Positions 1 to 9,782 of a stretch of 64,000 bases of DNA are shown here, piece after piece. The position numbers were made by a program, and so were the translations under genes. The notes under the pieces were generated by a model, which ran no database searches, was not told where the DNA came from, and saw only the letters and a list, made by a program, of their open reading frames with translations. Source of the stretch: an uncultured Thermoleophilia bacterium (GTDB taxonomy: Bacteria > Actinomycetota > Thermoleophilia > UBA2241). Location of the stretch: NCBI GenBank assembly GCA_963765635.1, contig CAVXXF010000002.1, forward strand, positions 210,363 through 274,362, given 5' to 3'. The stretch's first letter is position 1, and each line of letters starts with the position of its first letter.

Positions 1-1187
1 CGCAGGCGGCCGTTGACGTGCTCACCCATGACCTGGGGGTTGTTGATGATGAGCAGGGTGAACACCAGGATCACCGGCAGCAGGATGCCGTTGAGGGACT
101 GGGCAACGAGGATGACCTTGACCAGCGGCAGCCCCGGGATCACGGCCACGGCCGCGGGCACGAGCAGGAGGAACGTGATGATGCCGTTGAAGACTGGCGC
201 TTCGCGGAACGAGCTGTCGAGGCCCGACTCGAAGCCGAAGGCCTCGCAGACCACGTAGGCGGTGGCAAGCGGCAGCACGCCCGCGGCGAGGATCGAGACG
301 CTGAGCAGGCCGAGGCCGAACAGGTAGTGAGCGGCCGCGCCCAGGAAGGGTTCGAGCGCCATGGCCGCTTCCTGGGCCGACTCGACGACGATGCCTTCTT
401 TGTAGAGCGTCCCCGCGCAGGCCAGCACGATGAAGAAATCGACGGTCGTCATCATCACCGAGCCCACGTAGATCTCGTACTTCGTGTAGACGAACTGTCG
501 CAGGGAGATCTTCTTGTCGACCACCGCGGCCTGGATGAAGAACTGGCCCCAGGGCGTGAGTGTCGTACCCACGGCGGCGACCACGGTGAACAGCCAGAGG
601 CTGCTCATCTGCGCGTGAGGCACCAGCGCGCCGCGGGCGGCGCCCGACCAGTCGGGGCTCGCGAGGATGCCTGCGACGACGTAGGTCACGAGCACGAACC
701 CGAGCACGAGCAGCACGCGCTCGACCTTGCGGTAGGAGCCTCGCGTGACAAGAAACCAGAGGCCGACTGCCACGACCGGCACGCCCACGTACGAGGGCAC
801 GCCGAACAGGCCTCCGGCCGCGGCGACCCCCGAGAACTCGGCCACCGTGGTGCCGAAGTTGGCGATCACCGTGGCGAGGATCGCGAGAGCGGTCACCTTG
901 AGGCTGAAATTCTCGCGGATCAGGGCCGCCAGCCCGCGGCCGGTGACGACGCCCACACGCGCGTTCATCTCCTGCACGATGGCCAGCACGGGGGTGATCA
1001 GCACGAGGATCCAGATCATGCTGTAGCCGTACCGCGAGCCGATCACCGACCACGTGGTGATGCCGCCGGCGTCGTTGCCGGCGTTGGCGGCGATCAGGCC
1101 GGGGCCGACCATGCTCAGGATGATGAGCAGGCGCGTACGGCCGACGCGGCGGAGGACCCTGCCGCCGAGGTTGTCGCGAAGCCTCGT
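1..1187 (-). CDS. NRAMP (SLC11)-family divalent cation transporter; C-terminal part lies beyond the window edge. TM1/TM6 signature residues deviate from the canonical Mn2+/Fe2+ type (GNDAGG instead of DPGN; TTLTPWGQ instead of A..MPH), so possibly an NRMT-like (Mg2+) variant
   Basis: Own translation of the minus strand from a GTG at ~1187 gives a continuous hydrophobic ORF with no stop down to position 1: ...RTRLLIILSMVGPGLIAANAGNDAGGITTWSVIGSRYGYSMIWILVLITPVLAIVQEMNARVGVVTGRGL...TLTPWGQFFIQAAVVDKK.... The ORF-track entries 18..1196(+) and 22..1053(-) covering this DNA are Arg/His/Asp-rich wrong-frame artefacts. Confidence 0.7.
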
Positions 1188-1199
1188 CACGGCTGAGCC

Positions 1200-2492
1200 T
1201 TAGTGGAAGATCCTCGGCAGCCGTTTCTTCCAGGCAAGGGGGAGCACGAGGTCGATGGCGTCGTCGATGGTGATGATGCCGTGCAGCTCGCCGGCTGCAT
1301 CGACGATCGGCAGGGCGAGCAGGTTGTACTTGGCGATGACCTCGGTCACGGTCTCCTCGCTGGCGTCGGTGTCCACCGAGATGGGGTTCGCGGTCATGAA
1401 GTCGCGCACCTTCTTGTCGGGCGGCGTCGTGAGCAGGTCGCGCAGCGAGAACACGCCGCGCAGGTGCTCCGCGCGGTCGACCACGTAGATGTAATACACG
1501 GTCTCGACGTACTCTGCCTGCTGGCGAAGCCGCTGCGTAGCCTCTTCGGCGGTGTCATCGAGGCGCGCCCAGGCGTACTCGGTGGTCATGATGCCGCCGG
1601 CTGAGTGCTCGGGGTAGCTGAGCAGCTCGCACATGTCTTCGGCGTCGTCCTTCTCCATCATCGTGATGAAATGCGCGCGCCGGTCGTCGGGCAGGTCGGC
1701 GAGCAGGTCGGCGGCGTCGTCGGGCGACATCTCGTTGAGGATCTCGCTGGCCTTCTCGTCGGGCAGCTCGAGCAGCAGCGACGCCTGGTACGAGGAGTGG
1801 AGCTCCTCGAAGGTGTCGGCGGCGAGGTCGTCCTCGAGCGCGTCCAGCACGGCGGCGCGCTCGTCCGGCGAGAGCTCGTGGACGAGCTCAGCGATGTCGG
1901 CCGGATGCAGCAACTCGAGCCGGGTCTGGGGGACCGCGAGACGCACCGTGGCTTCGTCCGTGCGCTCCACGTCGACGTCCTTCCAGTCGATGAGGTGAGG
2001 ACGCGGGTTCTGGCGGCTCTTGGCGAGACGCTCGCTGACCTTGCCGAGCCCCACGCGGCGCAGGATCGCGCTGCTCGAGATGTCGACGGCGACGACGTGC
2101 ACGTCGGCGCCCATGCGCAGCAGCTGGATGTCGTTGACGCGGATGACCTTGCGGCCGTCGGTGTCGACCAGCTGCTTGTCGAGGAAGGTGCTCGAGAGGT
2201 GCAGTTCGTCGGCCTGCAGCTCGCGCGGCCCCAGGCGGCCGCGGGGCACGCGCAGCATGGTGCCCGACTCCTCGAAGCTGGTCACGTCGGGCCACGCCGC
2301 GTAAAGGGTCTTGCCGCGGCGGCGGATGCCGACGGCCGTGACCCGCGGGTACGCGTGGCCGGCCGTTGTGACCACCAGATCGTGCACCAAACCGGCCGGC
2401 GTGTCGTCGACGTCTCGCACTGGGCTGCCCAGCAGCTTGCTCAGAAAGAACACCGGCCTCACCTCCTCCGCGGTCGGTCGACCTCGAGACAC
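1200..2492 (-). CDS. Soluble MgtE-like regulatory protein: PRC-barrel-like N-terminus, MgtE_N domain, tandem CBS pair; no membrane domain
   Basis: 430-aa ORF. MgtE_N-like acidic helical region (ELLHPADIAELVHELSPDERAAVLDALEDD...LLADLPDDRRAHFI...GGIMTTEYAWARLDDT). Two CBS motifs (YIYVVDRAEHLRGVFSLRDLL...; ANPISVDTDASEETVTEVIAKYNLLALPIVDAAGELHGIITIDDAIDLV). Ends 3 nt before the start of the NRAMP gene at 1187. Confidence 0.75.
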   Translation of the reverse strand: MSRGRPTAEEVRPVFFLSKLLGSPVRDVDDTPAGLVHDLVVTTAGHAYPRVTAVGIRRRGKTLYAAWPDVTSFEESGTMLRVPRGRLGPRELQADELHLSSTFLDKQLVDTDGRKVIRVNDIQLLRMGADVHVVAVDISSSAILRRVGLGKVSERLAKSRQNPRPHLIDWKDVDVERTDEATVRLAVPQTRLELLHPADIAELVHELSPDERAAVLDALEDDLAADTFEELHSSYQASLLLELPDEKASEILNEMSPDDAADLLADLPDDRRAHFITMMEKDDAEDMCELLSYPEHSAGGIMTTEYAWARLDDTAEEATQRLRQQAEYVETVYYIYVVDRAEHLRGVFSLRDLLTTPPDKKVRDFMTANPISVDTDASEETVTEVIAKYNLLALPIVDAAGELHGIITIDDAIDLVLPLAWKKRLPRIFH

Positions 2493-2853
2493 ACAAAAGC
2501 CTCCCTCGCGGAAGGCTCCGTGCGCGCAGCAGGAGGGCGATCCTCACTCGTCCCAGCTTTAGCACAACATACCGTAGAGGTCAGGGCCTCAGCCGTCTTG
2601 GGCAAAACCTTGATCCGGTAGTGCCTGTCCTACCCGTTGGCGTCTCTGGACGTTTCCGGGCAACGGCCTCTATGTATGTCGGAGCCTCACCTAACGAGGA
2701 ACGCGCCGTAATTGACGCTCACGAAACGTACCTCCGCGCCCGCACGGTGTCAAGGCCGCGCGCGGGTGCTATACTGTGCCGCCGTAGGGGCCGGCGCGGT
2801 CAGGGCGCCGGCTTTCGTGCGAAGACTCAGAGAACCTCTCACGGGAAGCCCGC

Positions 2854-3819
2854 GTGATCATCACCGTCACACCTAACACCGCCGTCGACAAGACGCTCAC
2901 GGTGCCCAACTTCCAGACCGGCTTCAAGCACCGTGCCAGCGAGAGCATCTCGATGCCGGGCGGCAAGGGTGTCAACATCGCGCGCGCCCTCAAGACGCTC
3001 GGCCAGCCGGTGGTCGCCACCGGCCTTGTGGGCGGCCGCGCCGGTCTGCAGATCGTGGAGGGACTGCAGCGCGAGAACGTGCTCAACGACTTCGTGCACA
3101 TCGGCGGCGAGTCGCGCACGTCCACGGCCGTCGTCGACCCGACCACCATGACCCAGACCGAGATCATCGAGTACGGGCCGGTGGTCACGGCGCCGGAGGT
3201 CGCGGCCTTCTTCGAGAAGATCGAATACCTCGCCAAGGGCTCGCGTTTCGTCCTGCTCGTCGGCTCGCTGCCGCGCAAGATGCAGGAGGATTTTTACGCC
3301 GTCGTCATGCAGCGCGTGCGCCGGCACCGCTGCTTCGTCGTGCTCGACAGCGCCGGCGAGCCGCTGCGCCTGGGCATGAAGGGGCGCCCGCATCTCGTGG
3401 TCCCCAACCTGCGCGAGGCCGAAGACCTCGTCGGCCACGAGTTCCACGACGACCAGGACATCGTCGACGCCACGGCCATGCTCTGCGAGATGGGGGCGCG
3501 CAACGCCATCATCAAGACGCAGTACGGCTGCGTCGCCCGCTTCCAGGTGGGCCGCCGGCAGCGCGTCTTTCGCGCACGCATCGCGCCCCTCGAGAGCGTG
3601 GTGAGCACCGTCGGTTCGGGCGACGCCTTTCTCGCCGGCTTCGTGAGTGCGCGCTTCGAGAAGCTCGAGCTGCCGGAATGCCTGCGTCAGGCGCTGGCCG
3701 CCGGCGCCGCCAACACGCAGCGTTTCGGCGCCGGCGTACTGGATCCCGACGACGCCCGTCGTCTTCTCGACACCACCGACGTCGTCGAGCTCGACGACGC
3801 CGGGCACGCCGTCTCTTAG
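2854..3819 (+). CDS. PfkB-family carbohydrate kinase (1-phosphofructokinase / tagatose-6-phosphate kinase-like)
   Basis: 321 aa, GTG start. N-terminal MIITVTPNTAVDKTLTV...GGKGVNIARAL and C-terminal GSGDAFLAGF anion-hole motif typical of the ribokinase/PfkB fold. Confidence 0.8.
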   Translation: MIITVTPNTAVDKTLTVPNFQTGFKHRASESISMPGGKGVNIARALKTLGQPVVATGLVGGRAGLQIVEGLQRENVLNDFVHIGGESRTSTAVVDPTTMTQTEIIEYGPVVTAPEVAAFFEKIEYLAKGSRFVLLVGSLPRKMQEDFYAVVMQRVRRHRCFVVLDSAGEPLRLGMKGRPHLVVPNLREAEDLVGHEFHDDQDIVDATAMLCEMGARNAIIKTQYGCVARFQVGRRQRVFRARIAPLESVVSTVGSGDAFLAGFVSARFEKLELPECLRQALAAGAANTQRFGAGVLDPDDARRLLDTTDVVELDDAGHAVS

Positions 3820-3828
3820 AGACTCCGG

Positions 3829-4872
3829 ATGTCGGCGATGCTTGGGTCCCCATCTCGACGCCGCCGCGGACGCAGCGTCCGCGGCGTCGCACTGCTGTTC
3901 TTCCTTACCTGTGCGGCGGCGCTCCTCGCCCTGACGGTCGCCGTGTTCGCGTTGCAGGGTACGGGCGCCCCCACCGCCGCTCATGACCCGCTGTACGTGC
4001 CCACCGATCGCGCGGTCAAGATGCGCCTGCTCGAGCGACTGCCGCGAGCCCCGCATCTCCTCGTATTCGGCGGCTCCCGGGCCACCCGCTTCGAGCCTGC
4101 GTACTTCGAAGAACTGACTGGCCTCCGCGGCTTCAACCTCGCCTTTCAGAACGGGCGTCCCGAAGACGCCTGGGCCTTCGTCAACTTGATTCATGAGCGG
4201 TTCCCGGGCGCCAGGCTCCGCGTCGTCTGGTTTCTCCACGTGGAGGCGTTTCGCAGGCAGGGGCTTTCTCCGGGCCTCCTCCAGGACGAGAGCCTGAGCC
4301 GCTGGTTCCCGGCAGGGCTGATCGAGTCCGAGCGCAACAAGCTGCCGCAGTCCCCGGCGGAGGTCCCCAAAGCGCGCGATCTGGCGCTCACCCGCTTCGC
4401 GTCCGACGGTGTCGTGCTGCGCAATCGCTACGACATCGCGGAGGAGCGGGGCCGACCCCTGTCGCGCTCGATCGACTGGTCGATCCAGACGGCGCTCGAA
4501 CGCTACGCGACGACAGAAGCGGCGCTGTACCCGCGTTCGCAGCGCTACTTCGAGCGGACCCTGCAGCTGCTCTCTGAGATGGGGACCACGCAGGCGGTTG
4601 TGCTGATGCCGCTGCACCCTCGTCTGCTGGCGGCGGTGCGAACGGCTGGCTGGCAAGCGCGGCGCGCCGAGGTCATGACCTACTTGAAGGGGCTCCAGGA
4701 CCGCTACGGATTCGGGCTGCTCGACCGCAGCGATCTTGCGACCTTTGGTGGCGATCCCGACGAGTTCTACGACGGCTTCCACATGAAGCGCGCCAACGCG
4801 CGCAAGCTGACCAGAAGCGTCGTCGCCCAGCTGCCGGGTCCGTTCGCGGACGCTGCCGCGCCGCAGCCGTGA
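3829..4872 (+). CDS. Hypothetical signal-anchored protein of unknown function
   Basis: 347-aa ORF with Arg-rich N-terminus followed by one hydrophobic helix (GVALLFFLTCAAALLALTVAVFAL). Good codon usage for this genome. No recognisable catalytic motif. Confidence 0.5.
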   Translation: MSAMLGSPSRRRRGRSVRGVALLFFLTCAAALLALTVAVFALQGTGAPTAAHDPLYVPTDRAVKMRLLERLPRAPHLLVFGGSRATRFEPAYFEELTGLRGFNLAFQNGRPEDAWAFVNLIHERFPGARLRVVWFLHVEAFRRQGLSPGLLQDESLSRWFPAGLIESERNKLPQSPAEVPKARDLALTRFASDGVVLRNRYDIAEERGRPLSRSIDWSIQTALERYATTEAALYPRSQRYFERTLQLLSEMGTTQAVVLMPLHPRLLAAVRTAGWQARRAEVMTYLKGLQDRYGFGLLDRSDLATFGGDPDEFYDGFHMKRANARKLTRSVVAQLPGPFADAAAPQP

Positions 4873-5009
4873 GGCGCGGGCGGGCAGGCAGGCGCGCGGC
4901 GCGGCCCCGCGCGCCCGCGTGTTGATTCCCGCGGGGGCCGCTGGTAGAGTCGAGAGACGTTGCCACCCGTAACAGCAAGCCCACACATCAGCGCCGCACA
5001 GAGCCCCGA

Positions 5010-5045
5010 GACCCCGGTACGTCCGTGCCCGGGTCTTTTGCTTAA
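5010..5045 (+). terminator. Imperfect GC-rich hairpin (gaccccgg...cccgggtc) followed by tcttttgc; candidate intrinsic terminator ahead of guaB3
   Basis: Read directly from the sequence. 7 of 8 stem pairs plus a T-run, about 140 nt downstream of the 3829..4872 ORF. An AGGAGG Shine-Dalgarno follows, 8 nt upstream of the guaB3 ATG. Confidence 0.3.
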
Positions 5046-5090
5046 TCCGAGATCATCTCACCCGGTTCGCGTTCCTGTGAGGAGGACGGC

Positions 5091-6249
5091 ATGGAAGTAG
5101 AGATCGGCCGCGGCAAGAAGGGTCGCCGCGCCTACGGCTTCGACGACATCGCCATCGTACCCAGTCGCCGTACGCGCGACGCGGAGGACGTCGACATCAC
5201 CTGGAAGCTCGGCCCGCACACGCTGCCGCTGCCGTGCCTCGCCTCCGCCATGGACGGCGTGGTCGACCCGCAATTCGCCGTCACCATGGGCAAGCTCGGC
5301 GGCCTCGCGGTGCTCAACCTCGAGGGCGTGCAGACGCGCTACGAGAACGCCGACGAGCAGCTCGACCGCATCGCTGCGCTGCCCAAGGAGTCGGCCACTC
5401 GCACAATGCAGGAGATCTACAAGGCGCCCATCAAGCCCGAGCTGGTCGGCCGGCGCATCAAGGAGATCAAGGCCGGCGGCGTCCTGGCCGCCGCCTCGCT
5501 CACCCCGCAACGCGTCGAGGACTTCTACCAGATCGCCCTCGAGGCCGGCCTCGACGTGCTGATCATCCAGGGCACCGTGGTCTCGGCCGAGCACGTGAGC
5601 ACCAGGGTCGAGCCCCTCGACCTGCGCAAGTTCATCGCCCAGTGCCCCGTGCCGGTGATCGTCGGCGGCGTGGCCAGCTACGCCACCACGCTGCACCTCA
5701 TGCGCACCGGCGCCGTGGGCGTGCTCGTGGGCGTCGGCCCCGGTCACGCCTGTACGACGCGCGGCGTGCTCGGCATCGGCGTGCCGCAGGCCACGGCCAT
5801 CGCCGACGCCGCGGCGGCGCGCGTGCAGCACGTGCTCGAGACGGGCCAGTACTGTCACGTCATCGCCGACGGCGGCATGCGCACCGGCGGCGACGTCAGC
5901 AAGGCCATCGCCCTCGGCGCCGACGCGGTCATGATCGGCTCGCCGCTGGCCGCGGCCAGCGAAGCGCCCGGCCGCGGCTACCACTGGGGCATGGCCACCT
6001 TCCACCCCGAGCTCCCGCGCGGCACGCGCGTGAAGGCCGGGGTCAAGGGTACCCTCGAAGAGATCCTCCTCGGCCCGGCCCACGAGAACGACGGCACGCT
6101 CAACCTGTTCGGCGCGCTTGCGCACGAGCATGGCCACCTGTGGCTACGAGACGCTGAGCTCGTTCCAGAAGGCCGAGGTCATGGTGGCGCCGTCGCTGAT
6201 GACCGAGGGCAAGAAGCTGCAGAAGGAGCAAGACGTCGGCATGGGCTGA
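5091..6249 (+). CDS. guaB3: GuaB3-type IMP dehydrogenase-family protein (IMPDH catalytic barrel without CBS insert), with an apparent +1 frameshift near 6117-6121
   Basis: N-terminus MEVEIGRGKKGRRAYGFDDIAIVPSRRTRDAEDVDI...GKLGGLAVLNLEGV is typical of GuaB3. After ...NLFGAL the track frame reads non-protein-like AHEHGHLWLRDAELV.... The +1 frame (own translation) gives the conserved family C-terminus LRTSMATCGYETLSSFQKAEVMVAPSLMTEGKKLQKEQDVGMG*, stop ~6247-6249. Sits immediately upstream of guaA, as in Actinobacteria. Confidence 0.8.
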
Positions 6250-6300
6250 GGCCCGTCGCCGGCCAGCTGTACGCATTGACATCAGACTGAGGGAGGCGCC

Positions 6301-7857
6301 GTGGCGCAGGGCTCGCCGCAAGTGAAGGGGTTCGACACCGTGCTCGTCCTCGACTTCGGGGCGCAGTACGGGCAGCTCATCGCGCGTCGCGTGCGCGAGT
6401 GCCGCGTGTACTCGGAGCTCGTGCCGCACGATATGCCCATCGAGCGCATCAAGGCCTACGCGCCCAAAGGCATCATCCTCTCCGGCGGTCCCATGAGCGT
6501 GTACGTCGACGATGCCCCGCAGCTCGACCCCGAGATCCTCGAGCTGGGCATCCCGGTGCTGGGCATCTGTTACGGCATGCAGAGCCTCGCCCTCCACCTC
6601 GGCGGCACGGTGGCGCGCACCGACCTCAGCGAGTTCGGCAAGACGGCGCTCAGCGTGCTCCAGCCGGGGCTGCTCCTCGAGGGACTGCGTGGCGAGGAGC
6701 AGGCCTGGATGAGCCACCGCGACAGCGTCACCAAGGCGCCGCCCGGCTTCGAGGTGCTGGCCGCGAGCGCGGCTTCGCCCGTCGCGGCCATGGAGGCGCG
6801 CTCGCGGGGCTTCTACGGCGTGCAGTTCCACCCCGAGGTGCTGCACACGCCCAAGGGCACCGAGGTGCTCAAGAACTTCCTCTACAAGGCCTGCGGCTGC
6901 GCCCCCGCGTTCACCCCGGCCTCCATCATCGAGGAGTCCATCAAGCAGATCCGCGCCCAGGTCGGCGACAACAAGGCGATCCTGGGGCTCTCCGGAGGCG
7001 TCGACTCGTCGGTCGCCGCGCTGCTCATGTACAAGGCCATCGGCGAGCGCCTCACCTGCGTGTTCGTCGACCAGGGCATGATGCGCATGCGCGAGGCCGA
7101 ACGTGTGGTCGAGACCTTCGCCGGCACGTTCGGCATCCCGCTCATCGCAGTCGACGCCAGCGACCGCTTTCTCGACAAGCTTGAGGGCGTCACCGAGCCG
7201 GAGCGCAAGCGCAAGATCATCGGCGAGGAGTTCATCCGCTGCTTCGAGGAGGAGGCGCGCAAGCTTGTCGACGCCAGGTTCCTCGTGCAGGGGACGCTCT
7301 ATAGCGACGTCATCGAGAGTGGCACGCGCCAGGCCGCCAAGATCAAGAGCCACCACAACGTGGGCGGCCTCCCCGAGAAGATGGATTTCGCGCTCGTCGA
7401 GCCGCTGCGCTGGCTGTTCAAGGACGAGGTCCGCGCCGTCGGCGAGGAGCTCGGCCTGCCCGAGCGCATCGTGTGGCGCCAGCCGTTCCCCGGGCCCGGG
7501 CTCGCCATCCGCATCATCGGCGAGATCACGCGCGAGCGCGTCGACATCCTGCAGCGCGCCGATGCCATCGTGCAGGAGGAGATCCGCACGGCCGGCCTCT
7601 ACCGCGAGCTATGGCAGTGCTTCGCCATCCTGCCCGTGATCCGCAGCGTGGGCGTGCAGGGCGACGAACGCACCTACGGCTACCCGATCGCCATCCGGGC
7701 GGTCAAGAGCGACGATGCCATGACCGCCGACTGGGCGCACCTGCCGTACGACCTCCTCGAGACGCTCTCCTCGCGCATCATCAACGAGGTGCCCGAGGTC
7801 AACCGCGTGGTCTACGACATCTCGAGCAAGCCGCCGAGCACCATCGAGTGGGAGTAG
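6301..7857 (+). CDS. guaA: GMP synthase (glutamine-hydrolysing)
   Basis: 518 aa. Class-I glutamine amidotransferase domain ([19 protein letters not shown]...GICYGMQ) plus ATP-pyrophosphatase domain (SGGVDSSV). Full-length, no disruption. Confidence 0.95.
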   Translation: MAQGSPQVKGFDTVLVLDFGAQYGQLIARRVRECRVYSELVPHDMPIERIKAYAPKGIILSGGPMSVYVDDAPQLDPEILELGIPVLGICYGMQSLALHLGGTVARTDLSEFGKTALSVLQPGLLLEGLRGEEQAWMSHRDSVTKAPPGFEVLAASAASPVAAMEARSRGFYGVQFHPEVLHTPKGTEVLKNFLYKACGCAPAFTPASIIEESIKQIRAQVGDNKAILGLSGGVDSSVAALLMYKAIGERLTCVFVDQGMMRMREAERVVETFAGTFGIPLIAVDASDRFLDKLEGVTEPERKRKIIGEEFIRCFEEEARKLVDARFLVQGTLYSDVIESGTRQAAKIKSHHNVGGLPEKMDFALVEPLRWLFKDEVRAVGEELGLPERIVWRQPFPGPGLAIRIIGEITRERVDILQRADAIVQEEIRTAGLYRELWQCFAILPVIRSVGVQGDERTYGYPIAIRAVKSDDAMTADWAHLPYDLLETLSSRIINEVPEVNRVVYDISSKPPSTIEWE

Positions 7858-7938
7858 GGTAGACCCTCGCCCTTAGCTCGGCCTTTCGGCGGTATACTCG
7901 GAGAGCAGGCCGAGACGGTCCCCGACCGGAGGTGCAGT

Positions 7939-8237
7939 GTGAGCGTGCACGTCGAGATCGAGCACGAGCGCGTCGCCGAGTTCTGCCGCCGCACCCCATC
8001 CAGCGTCTCGCCTTCTTCGGGTCCGTACTGCGCGCCGACTTCGGCCCGCGGAGCGACGTGGATGTGCTGGTGGAGTTTGCGCCCCAGTCCCAGGTCACAC
8101 TCCTCGACATGGTCCGCATGGAGGACGAACTGAGCGAGATCATCGGCCGCCGCGTCGACCTGCGTACCAAGGGTTTCCTCAGCCGCTACTTCCGTGACGA
8201 GGTCGTGGCCGAAGCCGAGGTCGAGTTTGTCGCGTAG
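7939..8237 (+). CDS. Minimal nucleotidyltransferase (MNT, Pol-beta superfamily) antitoxin-like protein; N-terminus and NTase core lie in two different frames (possible 1-nt indel near 7990-7997)
   Basis: Track ORF 7939..8133 begins protein-like MSVHVEIEHERVAEFCRR.... ORF 7932..8237 carries the NTase core HPIQRLAFFGSVLRADFGPRSDVDVLVEF but has an Arg-rich junk N-terminus. Joining the two at the cccc run restores a typical MNT. Confidence 0.65.
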
Positions 8238-8577
8238 CGACGACTGGGTGCGCCTCCGCCACATGCTCGATGCCGCGTGCATGGCGGTCGATTTCGTGGC
8301 ATCGCGTGATGCCGGCGGTCCTGACCTCCACCCGATCGAACTCCTGGGTCTCGAGAAGCTCGTCGAGAACATCGGCGAGGCCGCGAGTCGGCTGTCTCAG
8401 GGCACGATGGACCGCATGCCGGAAATAGAATGGAAGCAGATGATCGGCATGCGATACGTACTCGTCCACGACTACTTCGACGTGGACGACATGGTGGTCC
8501 TCAACACAGTGCGCGCCTACCTGCCGTCGCTGGCGCAGGTGCTTGAGCGTGTCCTGGCAGAAGACGGCGCCGCCTGA
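8227..8577 (+). CDS. HepT-like HEPN (DUF86) RNase toxin partner of the MNT
   Basis: R-x4-H-x-Y motif (MRYVLVHDY). N-terminal DDWVRLRHMLDAACMAVDFV matches the HepT family. Start uncertain: a TTG at ~8227 overlaps the MNT stop, or the track start at 8194. Confidence 0.7.
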   Translation: MSRSDDWVRLRHMLDAACMAVDFVASRDAGGPDLHPIELLGLEKLVENIGEAASRLSQGTMDRMPEIEWKQMIGMRYVLVHDYFDVDDMVVLNTVRAYLPSLAQVLERVLAEDGAA

Positions 8578-8617
8578 CGCCCGCTCCGCACCAGCGTGGG
8601 CCGGTCATCATCCGCTG

Positions 8618-9400
8618 CTACAGCGTCCGCCCGTCGCCGCCGCCGCTTGGCTTCGGCTTCAGCTTGCCCGTCTCCGCGGCGTTGAGGTAGAGCACCACCA
8701 GCACGACGTCGGCGACGAAGAGGACGCTGCCCATGATCACGCACTGCACCAGCATCATGGGCAGGGCGCGAGCGACGCTCCCCGTGACGTTCTCGTCGAG
8801 CAGCTGCGTGGCGTAGATGCCGACGAGACTCACGGTCAGCAAGACCAGCGCCGAGGGTACCAGCGTTGCCTTCACCGTGCGCCACGAAAGGGCGACCGCC
8901 CGGAGCGGTCCCACATCGCCGATCACGATGATGTAGTCGGCGTACAGCACGACGAAGTTGAAGGCGAGCAGAGCGAGGAAGACCGCGTTGGCCGGCAGCG
9001 GGTCGTCGCCGGCGAGCACGACGGCGCCGGCGACGAGCGCGCCGACGACCTCCAATGCCAGCTGGAGGGCAAGGAGCCGCAGAAACTGGCGGCGGTCGGC
9101 GGGACCCAGGTGGAAGGTCCCTACCAGCGAGCGGATGTAGCCGGCGCGCAGCCACGTGCTCGCCAGCAGATACGCGACGAAGACCGCCGCGATGAGCGCG
9201 CTGCGCGCGGCGACGGCGTCGGCGAGCGGCCCACCACCGCGCAGCAACTCCGCGAGCGGCTCGCGCCGATACAGCCAGGCCGCGCCGAGGGCCACGGCGA
9301 GATCGAACGTGTACAGGCCGATGGCGAAGAAGACGATGTACTGCCTGGCGTGCAGGACGGCGGTCACCCGCTGGGGGAGCGTGTGACTCGTGCGATCCAT
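8618..9400 (-). CDS. Hypothetical integral membrane protein (about 6 predicted TM helices)
   Basis: 260-aa ORF on the minus strand. Strongly hydrophobic segments throughout; no catalytic motif recognised. Confidence 0.55.
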   Translation of the reverse strand: MDRTSHTLPQRVTAVLHARQYIVFFAIGLYTFDLAVALGAAWLYRREPLAELLRGGGPLADAVAARSALIAAVFVAYLLASTWLRAGYIRSLVGTFHLGPADRRQFLRLLALQLALEVVGALVAGAVVLAGDDPLPANAVFLALLAFNFVVLYADYIIVIGDVGPLRAVALSWRTVKATLVPSALVLLTVSLVGIYATQLLDENVTGSVARALPMMLVQCVIMGSVLFVADVVLVVLYLNAAETGKLKPKPSGGGDGRTL

Positions 9401-9473
9401 GGGGCGAGGGTATCATGGAGCCAGGAGATACCCACTCTGCCGCAGGCGACAGGCGGGAGGCGAAGTGAGGCCC

Positions 9474-9782
9474 ATGCAGGAAGTGCTCGACGAGCTGGTG
9501 AGGCGCATCGTCGCGGAGGTCGGCCCGCGGCGCGTCGTGTTATTCGGGTCGGCGGCGCGCGGCGACGCGCGGCCGGGCAGCGACATCGATCTCCTCATCG
9601 TGATGCCGGACGGCGCGCATCGCCGTCGGACTGCCCAGCATCTTTACGGGCGCCTGGGCAGCGACCGCCCCCCGGTCGACCTTCTCGTGGCCACCGAGTC
9701 CGACATCCTTGACCACGGCGACGAGCCAGGCTACGTCTACCTTACGGCACTACGCGAGGGGCGCGAGCACTACGCGGCCTGA
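9474..9782 (+). CDS. Nucleotidyltransferase-domain protein (MNT-like), second copy
   Basis: MQEVLDELVRRIVAEVGPRRVVLFGSAARGDARPGSDIDLLIVMPDG...VDLLVATESD. The G[SG]xARG and DxD signature of minimal NTases. Internal ATG at 9474 chosen over the track start at 9390. Confidence 0.75.
   Translation: MQEVLDELVRRIVAEVGPRRVVLFGSAARGDARPGSDIDLLIVMPDGAHRRRTAQHLYGRLGSDRPPVDLLVATESDILDHGDEPGYVYLTALREGREHYAA

Noticed and set aside
18-1196. 392-aa plus-strand ORF (and 343-aa minus ORF 22..1053) rich in H/D/R/G covering the first 1.2 kb
   Set aside because: The composition is non-protein-like. The third minus-strand frame encodes a clean NRAMP-family membrane protein running off the window edge, so these are high-GC wrong-frame artefacts.
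2839-4986. 715-aa minus-strand ORF antisense to the PfkB kinase and the 3829 hypothetical gene
   Set aside because: Arg/Ala/Gly-rich low-complexity translation typical of antisense frames in ~70 % GC DNA. Sense-strand genes have recognisable domains.
6110-6130. Possibility that the guaB3 frameshift is a programmed +1 translational frameshift
   Set aside because: No slippery heptamer, stimulatory structure or precedent in this gene family. A 1-nt indel (error or mutation) is far more parsimonious.
5058-7356. Long minus-strand ORFs (359 aa, 418 aa) and plus ORF 5234..6157/6399..7184 overlapping guaB3/guaA
   Set aside because: Alternative frames of genes with unambiguous GuaB3/GuaA homology. 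Arg-rich junk composition.
8543-9712. 389-aa plus ORF and 299-aa minus ORF (8517..9416) overlapping the 8618-9400 membrane protein
   Set aside because: Highly charged, repetitive (R/D/E/G) translations. The minus-strand hydrophobic frame is the only protein-like one.
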